Sequence record: SRR22947725_833
Length of the DNA stretch: 42,272 bases
Reading direction: 5' to 3' (one strand)
Shown here piece by piece: positions 18,542 to 27,399 of the stretch. The notes below the pieces were generated by a model. That model ran no database searches. It was given only the letters and a program-made list of their open reading frames with translations, and was not told the DNA's origin. A program made the position numbers and the translations under genes. The first letter of the stretch is position 1, and each line of letters begins with the position of its first letter.

Positions 18542-19228
18542 TTAGCGTTTTACAAACATTCCAATCATCGTTCTAGATTTTCCTTTCAAAAAATTAGGTA
18601 CAAATTTTGTTCTACCAGAAAACGGAAATAACTTACCTATGAGAAATTGGAGTCTCCATGGAAGTGACCAAATAAATGCCGGCTTCCCTACTGTCCATAA
18701 CCCTACTTTACAAGGATCAAAATTGTACATTTGCATTAACCAAGATAGACCCCGAGGGGTGTAAGCTTTTTTGTGATCTGGATCATCATAGAAAGTAAAA
18801 CCCTCCGATGATACATTAGTGGTTATAATTACACAAACACCACCTTTATCAAGGATACGGTGTATTTCTGTAATTATATTATAAGGATTGCCAATATGCT
18901 CAATCACGCCATAAAGAGTTATTAGTTTAAATTGTCCATCAGAGAATGGCAGTGGATCTTTTTCAAAGTTTACCCCATCAGATATATCGATCCCTTCAGA
19001 GACCCAGCCATTATCAGCATATACCTTACTCAGACATCGATCACCGCACCCTAAATCAAGATGTTTAGAGTTCTTACTTTCAAAACCATGAAATTTAATA
19101 AACCTTTTAATTGTTTCATAACTTCTAACACAAGTTTTATATCTGAACGGGTCATAAAGAGTTTCGATACGGCGTTTATTATAAATAATTGTAGACAGTA
19201 CTTGTTTGTCCATAAAAAAGTCTTTCAA
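18542..19228 (-). CDS. Class I SAM-dependent methyltransferase (Methyltransf_11-like)
   Basis: HLDLGCGD, LPFSDGQF, VIEHI, RILDKGG and FYDDPDH. The start may be the ATG at 19213. Confidence 0.88.
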   Translation of the reverse strand: MKDFFMDKQVLSTIIYNKRRIETLYDPFRYKTCVRSYETIKRFIKFHGFESKNSKHLDLGCGDRCLSKVYADNGWVSEGIDISDGVNFEKDPLPFSDGQFKLITLYGVIEHIGNPYNIITEIHRILDKGGVCVIITTNVSSEGFTFYDDPDHKKAYTPRGLSWLMQMYNFDPCKVGLWTVGKPAFIWSLPWRLQFLIGKLFPFSGRTKFVPNFLKGKSRTMIGMFVKR

Positions 19229-19319
19229 TAGTTTTACTGCTAATTTTTTAAGTCTTAAAATCTAAACTTGTCATCTACTATTCTATAATAAAACTCAAGT
19301 TAATCATAATAAAAAACTT

Positions 19320-20735
19320 TTAATCTATGCGTTTAGCTATACTAATATTTTTATCCTTAAATATTACCTCAAAGTGACCTAGCTCCACAAGTTTATCATT
19401 TATTGGTTCGTGAGTTGGTAAAATTGATAAAGAAAAGCCATTTCTAATAATGAATTCTGGCAGTGCAGACTCTGGCCGCTTATTAGCTATAATTTCATGA
19501 TGCATATTATGAATTCTTAAATTATTTAATCTTTTTCTAATAAGGCCATAGTAGTTTGAAACAGTAAAAATGAGATCATCTTCATCTAAGTGTAACTCAT
19601 AAATAAAATCTTTTTCAGCTATATAAGATTTATAATTTTTGTAACCACGATATGCTTCAGGAGCAGAGATCACCAAACCAAGACAAGCTAAAGAAAAATA
19701 AAGTTTATAATTAAGTTCTCGAAAAATAACAAATGCAAAAGGTAAAAGCATAATAATCGAGAGTTCTGTATTTCCAACATTTCCTCCTGCTTTAAGGCCG
19801 CTGATAAATGATGCCCCAGAAGCGAATAGAAGTGGTAAAGCCCAAGGCTTTTTGAACAGTGCGACTTTACGCATTAAGAACTCTATTGGCTTCTTTAGAG
19901 TTAAAAATGGCTCTTTCCCCATAAGAAAAATAAAAATAATTAAAAAAGTTAGTAACTTAAGTGATAATTTAAAATGCTCATAAAGCCAGGCTTTTAAGTT
20001 CACCAAGCCATCATCAGAAAGAGCCTCAACGGTCCAGAACCAGGCATTTTCTATTGTCCAAACGAACACAATGATAGCAATTGACGTCAAAAAAGTAATA
20101 ATTGCTGAAACGGTAAAAAAAGCATTTCTTTGTATGCAAGCAAAAATAAAATATCCCAATATAAAGGCGATGTATTGCTGTTTGAAAATTAAAGGTAGAC
20201 TTATCAAAGCCGACAAAACTATTACACCTACCCAGTTGTAATTTTTTTTGTGATAAGAGTTGGTCATTAAAACAAAAGTAAGACCTAGAGAAAGCGTCAA
20301 GGTATCCGGCTTCAATTTAAGAGCGTATAGATACCAGTTGGTAAGAATTACACTTGAGAAAAATACCCAAAAGCAAAAAAAATGGAAAAAATCAATTTTT
20401 TCAATGAGGTCACGAGTTACAACATACTGAATCAAAAATAACCAAACTATTATAAAAATTCCTGCTAAATGCATAATTTCAATAATTAGATTATCAGGGA
20501 CAACAAAAAGTGTTAGGCTAATCAGATAGCTAAGCCCAGGGAAATAATTACTGGCAGCCATACTGGGGAACTCTGTTACACTGGGGTATAAAGGAAGATC
20601 ATTTTTCCATCTATCAACCATTGCAAGATGATCCAAAATATTCCAGTCCGGCATAACACCAAGACTATATCCAACTGATACCCCTAAGAATAAAATAGTC
20701 AAAAAGCATTTGAAAAATATATCTTTTTGTAACAT
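19320..20735 (-). CDS. Polytopic membrane protein, putative GT-C fold glycosyltransferase
   Basis: Many hydrophobic segments, YFPG, KPD and FKQQ motifs typical of ArnT/PMT-like proteins, and a soluble C-terminal domain. Confidence 0.55.
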   Translation of the reverse strand: MLQKDIFFKCFLTILFLGVSVGYSLGVMPDWNILDHLAMVDRWKNDLPLYPSVTEFPSMAASNYFPGLSYLISLTLFVVPDNLIIEIMHLAGIFIIVWLFLIQYVVTRDLIEKIDFFHFFCFWVFFSSVILTNWYLYALKLKPDTLTLSLGLTFVLMTNSYHKKNYNWVGVIVLSALISLPLIFKQQYIAFILGYFIFACIQRNAFFTVSAIITFLTSIAIIVFVWTIENAWFWTVEALSDDGLVNLKAWLYEHFKLSLKLLTFLIIFIFLMGKEPFLTLKKPIEFLMRKVALFKKPWALPLLFASGASFISGLKAGGNVGNTELSIIMLLPFAFVIFRELNYKLYFSLACLGLVISAPEAYRGYKNYKSYIAEKDFIYELHLDEDDLIFTVSNYYGLIRKRLNNLRIHNMHHEIIANKRPESALPEFIIRNGFSLSILPTHEPINDKLVELGHFEVIFKDKNISIAKRID

Positions 20736-20768
20736 TAAAGTTTCCCACTTCAGTGTAAATAAATTACT

Positions 20769-22811
20769 TTAGGTTAATCTTTTAAAACCAGTATGGCAAA
20801 TAGGTCCATTTAATAGAGTATTTATGTCTTTACCATTTTCACATTCACAAATAGTTTTAAAAATATCATCTAAAATCATGAAATAATCATCTAATATTTT
20901 ATCTGTATGCGCAGTTGACACATAAATAGAGTTTCCTGCTAAGTATCCCTTTGATAACATTTCCTGAGTTATATACGTCTTATATTTGAGGGCATCTTTC
21001 GAAAGAATTGAGAAACTACATAATGCATCTAACCCAGTAATATTAAGATCGATAGAGTTATTTTCGGCAATCTGTTGCCATATTTTTTTAATCTTTTTAC
21101 CTGTCCTTGTTACCTTCTCCCAACTTCTCTCCCTTTCCATGACTTCCAAAGTCTTTAATGCTGCTACACTTCCGATACGTTCTGTCCAAAATGTGCTTGA
21201 TATGAAAGAACTGTTTCCAGCCTCCATAATAGATCGTCGTCCAATAACACTGGTAACAGCGTACCCATTACCTAACGCTTTACCAAAAACTGCCAAATCA
21301 GGTTCAATTTGATACTTCTTATGAAGGCCACCAAATGTCTCTCGAAATCCTGAAGTACATTCATCAAATATTAGCACAATGTTGTTTTCAGTTGCGATTT
21401 TACGAACCTTACGCAAAAAATCCTTATCTGGCTCTCTATCGCGGCAGACCTCCATCTTGATCGCGGCTAGTCTTTTTTCCTTAACTATGACTTCTAATTC
21501 ATCTATTCTATTATATTTAAAAGGTACGACTGTTCCCTTTAAAGAACGTGACACACCGTTTGGCTCAAGACCGGGTAAAAGGTGACCATCTAATTTATCA
21601 GTATCCCCAAGGTTCGCTGCTAGGTACCAATCTTGCCATCCGTGATAACCACAAATTGCGATAGTTTCCCGTCCAGTAGCCGCTCTTGCAATGCGTACCG
21701 CAACTGCATTTGCTTCTCCCCCAGTACGACAAAACTTCGCCATTTCCGCAAAGGGGTGCATAGAGATCAGCTTTTCAGCTAACATCACTTCTTCAGGCGC
21801 ATTTAAACTAGACAAATTACCGTCATCAACCGCTTGCTTAACTGCTTCGTTCACTTCTGGGTGATTGTATCCAAGTAAATTTGTACCAACCCCCATGAGA
21901 TAAAGGTCATGGTAGTTCTTATTATCAAGATCCCACACCGTACATCCGTCAGTCCGACTAAAGTATGCAGGCCAATGATCCGGTAGAAACATCTCTGGCC
22001 GTTTTGATAACAACATATTTCCAGCTGGGATTATTGTCTTGGCACGTTGCCAAAGCTTTTGACCTGAATTCATTTCAACTCCAGCATTCCTTCTTGTGTC
22101 CTTGTTCATTATAACAGTATTTTTACCATCAGTCTTTAAAAATTGAATAATCTCCTCAAACGAAAAATCAACCCTTGGATTAAAATAATTACAGACTGAC
22201 TTAATTACTTTTAGATCATTTTCATCATCTACGGTTAACCTCAAAGAAGATAGATCCTCTGAACAAGAGAAATTATGCCGTTTTATTTTTTTTGAAGATC
22301 TCATAAATGATGTTACATGTTCTTTATCAAATTCTGTTTTTGCATTCTCAACCGCATTTTCTAATGCCTCATAAGAAAAAACCTCAACATCCATCCCATC
22401 TGGATAAGTAGGAGGGTCCACATTCGATACATAGTCAAATACGCCATCTCTAAATATAGAAATAGCTTCTTTAACAATTATAGGATCAATTAATGGACAA
22501 TCTCCTGTAATTCTTACTACCACATCAGGGTTATAAACTTTTGCGATCTCATAGAAGCGCTTCAAAACATTTAACTCATCGCCACGATGAACTATTAATC
22601 CTAAATCTAAACAATGTTTAAACAAAATATCATCATCAGTCCCCTCGGGGATAGCCAGAATCATTTTATCAAAACAATCTAACTTATTTAATCTTTCAGT
22701 TAATATATTAATTAATGTCCGACCATTGATTTTTTTTAAAACCTTGCCAGGCAATCGACGCGAATTCATCCGTGCTTGTATTAGTATAATTACTTTCAAT
22801 TTACTTTCCAT
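20769..22811 (-). CDS. Fusion of SpsF/PseF-like cytidylyltransferase and class III (GSA aminomutase-like) aminotransferase
   Basis: N-terminus IQARMNSRRLPGKVL, RITGDCPLIDP, YPDGMDVE and RLTVD. From about 22073: LLSKRPEMFLP, RTGGEA, GYHGW, LIFDECTSGFR and FGKALGNG (PLP lysine). Confidence 0.92.
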   Translation of the reverse strand: MESKLKVIILIQARMNSRRLPGKVLKKINGRTLINILTERLNKLDCFDKMILAIPEGTDDDILFKHCLDLGLIVHRGDELNVLKRFYEIAKVYNPDVVVRITGDCPLIDPIIVKEAISIFRDGVFDYVSNVDPPTYPDGMDVEVFSYEALENAVENAKTEFDKEHVTSFMRSSKKIKRHNFSCSEDLSSLRLTVDDENDLKVIKSVCNYFNPRVDFSFEEIIQFLKTDGKNTVIMNKDTRRNAGVEMNSGQKLWQRAKTIIPAGNMLLSKRPEMFLPDHWPAYFSRTDGCTVWDLDNKNYHDLYLMGVGTNLLGYNHPEVNEAVKQAVDDGNLSSLNAPEEVMLAEKLISMHPFAEMAKFCRTGGEANAVAVRIARAATGRETIAICGYHGWQDWYLAANLGDTDKLDGHLLPGLEPNGVSRSLKGTVVPFKYNRIDELEVIVKEKRLAAIKMEVCRDREPDKDFLRKVRKIATENNIVLIFDECTSGFRETFGGLHKKYQIEPDLAVFGKALGNGYAVTSVIGRRSIMEAGNSSFISSTFWTERIGSVAALKTLEVMERERSWEKVTRTGKKIKKIWQQIAENNSIDLNITGLDALCSFSILSKDALKYKTYITQEMLSKGYLAGNSIYVSTAHTDKILDDYFMILDDIFKTICECENGKDINTLLNGPICHTGFKRLT

Positions 22812-23701
22812 TTTGTTGGGTCTCTTAAAGACTCATCAATATCCATGAGTTCATCAGGAAAATCGTTAGCTAAAGTATTTTTATAACGCAAAACTTCTTT
22901 AAATTGTTTTATATTTTGAAAGCCAACAACCACTCTTTCTATACCCAAAGGTAAGTGAGTGTTTATGAATGAGATAGCCCCCTGAACCTGTGAAAAATTA
23001 TTTTTCTCTAACCAAATATCCCATAGAGTCCATATCTTAGCCCACTTATCAAAATACCTTGGCCGTTCTTTTGGAGAACAAATCAATAGCCCCTGCAAAA
23101 AAATAGAGCGTACGTGTACGGAAATATTATTATCTTTACAATACTTTAACCCTCCCGAATGTATCATTCTTTGATCAAAGATACTCAGAGGTGCTTGAAT
23201 CAAATCAATTGGAAATTTTTCTGATAAGGGTTTTATATGATCGGGATTGTAAATTGACACACCTATTTTCTTACACAAACCCTTATCTTTAGCTTTCAAT
23301 AAACCCCTTACTATTTTATCACTAGTGGGACCAAACAAAAGATCCACATTATGGATAAGAACTGCATCTAATTGGTTTACCTTAAGACGCTCCATTGAGC
23401 CTATGATAGCAGTATCTACCCTATTCTCGACCCTAGAGGAATCATTACCAATATCAGATATTTTAGTCACTATTTCAAAAGCGCTTAAATCAAAATTTCC
23501 TAACCTTGTTTCACTTACGCCATAACTGGCCGCCGTATCAATTGTTTGTACATTTTTCTTTTTTGCCAAATTTAAAACAAGTTTTATTTGTTCATTCGAA
23601 ACCGTTCCTGTGTTATTGGTTATGCCATAATCTAAACCAAACTGGGCTGCTCCTAAAGCTAACTTCACGTCATTCCAATCCATTTTTCTTTTTAACTTCA
23701 A
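22796..23701 (-). CDS. Aldo/keto reductase
   Basis: LALGAAQFGLDYG, IDTAASYGVSE, VTKI, KIGVSIY and HVRSIFLQGLL. Confidence 0.92.
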   Translation of the reverse strand: MKLKRKMDWNDVKLALGAAQFGLDYGITNNTGTVSNEQIKLVLNLAKKKNVQTIDTAASYGVSETRLGNFDLSAFEIVTKISDIGNDSSRVENRVDTAIIGSMERLKVNQLDAVLIHNVDLLFGPTSDKIVRGLLKAKDKGLCKKIGVSIYNPDHIKPLSEKFPIDLIQAPLSIFDQRMIHSGGLKYCKDNNISVHVRSIFLQGLLICSPKERPRYFDKWAKIWTLWDIWLEKNNFSQVQGAISFINTHLPLGIERVVVGFQNIKQFKEVLRYKNTLANDFPDELMDIDESLRDPTKWKVN

Positions 23702-24270
23702 CCACCTGTAACCACCAGTTTTAACTTTTTATATTGTAAAATCTCCTGACGAAATCCATCTAACATTAAATACTTAGTCAAAGCAGCATCTTTAATAAAA
23801 CCATTATTTTCTAGAACCTTTATTGAACCCAAATTATTTATATAAACTCCTGCTAAAACCTTCTCTATTCTTAATTTTTGAAATGCAATTTCTACAACCA
23901 TTCCAATTACTTTTGTACCTATTCCTTTATTCCAGTAGGATTTGTTGCCAATGATATATGAAACTGTGGCTGTGAGATTATTAACATCTATATCTCCTAG
24001 CTTTACGTTTCCAATATGTTTTTCACTAGAGTATATCCCCATCAACAAATCACATTCAGATTTATACTTTTTAACAACATATTCTCTTATTGTGTGGATA
24101 TTCTGAATACTGTGCCTCTGCTCCGTAAACTTAACCACTTCATAATCTCTCATCCAACTCAGATATTCTTTGCTAACTACAGTTTCTTTAAGTGCACAAA
24201 GCACCAAATCATCCTTGCTCGATATAATTTCTAAGGTTTTAAGAGTATTTAGATCTAACAATTCACTCAT
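23698..24270 (-). CDS. RimJ/RimL-type GNAT N-acyltransferase
   Basis: YLSWMRD, HIGNVKL, YWNKGIGT and NLGSIKVLENNGF. Confidence 0.88.
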   Translation of the reverse strand: MSELLDLNTLKTLEIISSKDDLVLCALKETVVSKEYLSWMRDYEVVKFTEQRHSIQNIHTIREYVVKKYKSECDLLMGIYSSEKHIGNVKLGDIDVNNLTATVSYIIGNKSYWNKGIGTKVIGMVVEIAFQKLRIEKVLAGVYINNLGSIKVLENNGFIKDAALTKYLMLDGFRQEILQYKKLKLVVTGG

Positions 24271-26361
24271 TCACATTTTATTCCGTATGATATCAGTGAT
24301 TTTCTCTACTACAAAGTCTTGCTCCTCATAACTCAAGCTAAAGTAAAGTGGCAGGGACAGCGCCTGTTCATAATATGCCATAGTATTTGGAAAATCGATC
24401 GACTTAAAACCTCTATCTTTATAAAAAGGTTGAGTATGAACCGGAATGTAATGAACTTGAGTTACAATATTATACTCTCTTAACGAATGCATAAAGTCAT
24501 TTCTTGATTTCCCTATACTATCATAATCAATGGAGACCGTGAACAAATGGTTCGCGGATCTATCTATATCTATTTTTTGACTCGGGCATATAAAATCAAG
24601 GTGTTTTAGTAACTCTACATAACGATGGGCCAGTTCCCGTCTTTTATTCATGAATAAATCAAGTTTACATATTTGAGAACTCGCTAATGCCGCCTGTATA
24701 TCTGTCAACCGGTAATGATACCCAAGAGTAGACATCTCATAATACCAAATATTTGGTTTACCATCAGTAAACCCACTCGCTTTATCAGTTATAGGATCAT
24801 CATTTTTATTTATACCGTGTGATCGCAATCTTAGTAAGGAACGATATATCTCTTTATTATTTGTAGTTATAACACCTCCTTCACCTGCAGCTATTGATTT
24901 AACTGGGTGGAGAGAAAAAACTGTACAATCGCTATACTTGCATGACCCAACTTTTGACCCGCATGAATAAGATGCACCCAAACCTTGGGCTGCGTCCTCA
25001 ACCACAACTTTGCCAGAAACGGAAGCCGCCTTACATACCTCAGGTATTCCATCGGACGCACCCGAAAACAAGACAGGAGCGACTAAATGAATTTTTTTAT
25101 TTGATTCAAGTGAGTGCTTTAAACCCGCCAAATCAATGTTTTTTGTTGCCACATTTATATCTGAAAAACTCACTCCTCCTCCACAGTAAAATGATGCGTT
25201 AGCTGTCGCTACAAATGTATTTGGTGATGTAATGACATTTTTTTTTGGTCCAACCCCTAAAGCCAGGTAGGCAAGATGCAGACCAGCCGTAGCCGATGAA
25301 ACCGCAACAGCATATTTTGCACCGACATAGTCTGCAACCTGACCCTCAAAGGTTGATATAGTTGGCCCTTGAGTTAAAAAACTACTTTTTAAAGTTGTTG
25401 TTACAGCTGTAATATCATCCTGATCAACATAATGTTTTCCATATGGTATTATTTTACCGATACGAGATATTTCACTCTGGAATATCATATCCTCTTTTAA
25501 GCCATCCATTTCCTTTTCAATACTAATGGGCTGGATTTCTAAAGTCGTCACAAGTTTACTGCTTGAAAGGCTCAGATCCTGCGGGCGTTTGATTTTTTGA
25601 ATCAACCTTTCAGACTGAATGGGTTGAATGCAATCTGCATCAAAATTAAATTTATTAGCCAACCGAACACTAAACTCATACTTTGAAAGGCGTTCGTTTG
25701 AGCAAATATTAAAAATCCCAGATTGTTTCTTATCTATAAGGTCATGAGTCAACTCTATAAGAGATTTTATAGAAATTGGGGTAAAAAAAACATCATCAAA
25801 CATCTGCAGATTAATTGAATTTTTCAATGAATCAATAACAAGATCAGATATTGATCTTCTATAGCTCGGTCCCCACCCAAAAAAATTCGATCGTACTATT
25901 AATGCCTCAGGGTTTGAGTTTAATATCTTTTTTTCAGCTTCTCCCTTATGACAACCATAAACATTTTGTGGTTTAATTTCTTCAATCTCAGATTTATACT
26001 GTGTTAAACCATCAAATAGATGGTCGGTGGAAATATGTACTAGTTTAATACCGTATTTGCTAGAAGCTTTCGCCAGATTAGAGGTCACTTTAACATTCGA
26101 AATAAGGGATTTTTTTGGGTCCAACTCACAGCCATCAACATTAGTAAAACCCGCTGTATGAATAATTAAGTCAGGTTTTATTTTATCTATCATCTCTCTA
26201 ACTTTAACGAGGCATGAAAGGTCCACTTTGTGACAGGTAACTCCTTCAATTCTAATTATTCTGTCATTTAGAAGAATATGAATATCGTCACTACTTCTAC
26301 GCCTGATTGCCCAGTTTACACCTAATAGACCAGAACCACCTGAGATAATAACAGTCGACAT
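24271..26361 (-). CDS. pseC: Fusion of RmlD-like reductase domain and PseC (DegT/DnrJ family) aminotransferase
   Basis: N-terminal GGSGLLG, HTAGFTNVDGCE, HISTDHLFDG, YGCHK and RPQDLSL. From about 25453: IPYGKHYVDQDDI, LTQGP, SSATAGLH, EDAAQ, FSLHPVKSIAAGEGG, GYHYRLTDIQAAL and QVHYIPVH. Confidence 0.88.
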   Translation of the reverse strand: MSTVIISGGSGLLGVNWAIRRRSSDDIHILLNDRIIRIEGVTCHKVDLSCLVKVREMIDKIKPDLIIHTAGFTNVDGCELDPKKSLISNVKVTSNLAKASSKYGIKLVHISTDHLFDGLTQYKSEIEEIKPQNVYGCHKGEAEKKILNSNPEALIVRSNFFGWGPSYRRSISDLVIDSLKNSINLQMFDDVFFTPISIKSLIELTHDLIDKKQSGIFNICSNERLSKYEFSVRLANKFNFDADCIQPIQSERLIQKIKRPQDLSLSSSKLVTTLEIQPISIEKEMDGLKEDMIFQSEISRIGKIIPYGKHYVDQDDITAVTTTLKSSFLTQGPTISTFEGQVADYVGAKYAVAVSSATAGLHLAYLALGVGPKKNVITSPNTFVATANASFYCGGGVSFSDINVATKNIDLAGLKHSLESNKKIHLVAPVLFSGASDGIPEVCKAASVSGKVVVEDAAQGLGASYSCGSKVGSCKYSDCTVFSLHPVKSIAAGEGGVITTNNKEIYRSLLRLRSHGINKNDDPITDKASGFTDGKPNIWYYEMSTLGYHYRLTDIQAALASSQICKLDLFMNKRRELAHRYVELLKHLDFICPSQKIDIDRSANHLFTVSIDYDSIGKSRNDFMHSLREYNIVTQVHYIPVHTQPFYKDRGFKSIDFPNTMAYYEQALSLPLYFSLSYEEQDFVVEKITDIIRNKM

Positions 26362-26366
26362 TTTAT

Positions 26367-27365
26367 CTACAAATTCCCTATATTTTTGGTATTATATTTT
26401 ATCCATTTTCCAAGTTCTTCTTTTGTCATCCAATTTGCATTCTTGTCCGAGGTATACGAAAAACTATCAGAAACTCTTATACCAGAACCTATACGATCAG
26501 GGTCCTCTGACCATTTATTAATCGATGGTAGTATCTTGTAATAATTATCAAATTCGAAGGTGTGTGGAGCGTCCTCAATACCAATCATCTGTTCATGCAG
26601 TTTTTCTCCAGGACGTATCCCAATAATCTCATGATCTGAGTTTGGAGAGATTGTTTTAGCGATATCCACGACTTCCATAGAAGGAATTTTTTTAACATAT
26701 ATCTCTCCACCCAGCATATCCTCAAATGCGTGCCAAACCAATCTAACTCCTGCATCTAAAGAAATCATAAAACGTGTCATTCTAACGTCAGTAATGGGAA
26801 TACTAGCATTTTTCTCTAATGACATAAAAAACGGAATCACCGAGCCACGAGATCCCATTACATTTCCATACCTAACAATTGAAAATCTAGTTCCTGAATT
26901 ATCACTATTAGGGTTGCTGGCTACGAATAACTTATCAGATGCTAACTTAGTAGCTCCATAAAGATTTATAGGGTTACTTGCTTTGTCAGTCGACAGTGCT
27001 ACCACGCTTTTCACATTTGCTGCTTTACATGCCTCAATAACATTCATCGCACCATTTATATTTGTTTTAATGCACTCTGAAGGATTATACTCAGCTGTAG
27101 GCACGATTTTTGTTGCAGCCGCATGTACCACATGATCCACTCCAGAGAGGACATCCGTAAGCCTGGACTTATCGCGAACATCGCCAATAACAAATCTGAC
27201 GCGAGAGTTTTTGTCAAACTTCATTGCCATATCCCATTGTTTCATTTCATCTCGAGAGTAAATAATAATCTCTTTTGGATCATATTTTGCAAGAGTCATT
27301 GGCACAAATGTGTTACCAAACGACCCAGTCCCACCAGTAATTAAGATTCTTTTATTTTTAAGCAT
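26367..27365 (-). CDS. pseB: UDP-N-acetylglucosamine 4,6-dehydratase (inverting)
   Basis: ITGGTGSFG, YSRDEMKQ, HAAATKIVPTAEYNP, LSTDKASNPINLYGATKL, RYGNVMGSRGSV and GIRPGEKLHE. Confidence 0.96.
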   Translation of the reverse strand: MLKNKRILITGGTGSFGNTFVPMTLAKYDPKEIIIYSRDEMKQWDMAMKFDKNSRVRFVIGDVRDKSRLTDVLSGVDHVVHAAATKIVPTAEYNPSECIKTNINGAMNVIEACKAANVKSVVALSTDKASNPINLYGATKLASDKLFVASNPNSDNSGTRFSIVRYGNVMGSRGSVIPFFMSLEKNASIPITDVRMTRFMISLDAGVRLVWHAFEDMLGGEIYVKKIPSMEVVDIAKTISPNSDHEIIGIRPGEKLHEQMIGIEDAPHTFEFDNYYKILPSINKWSEDPDRIGSGIRVSDSFSYTSDKNANWMTKEELGKWIKYNTKNIGNL

Positions 27366-27399
27366 TTAGACCTCTGAAATTATTTATTCTATAAAAGTT

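Noticed and set aside
20769-22073. hemL (tetrapyrrole glutamate-1-semialdehyde aminomutase)
   Set aside because: Fused to a cytidylyltransferase within nonulosonate genes, so the similarity is at family level only.
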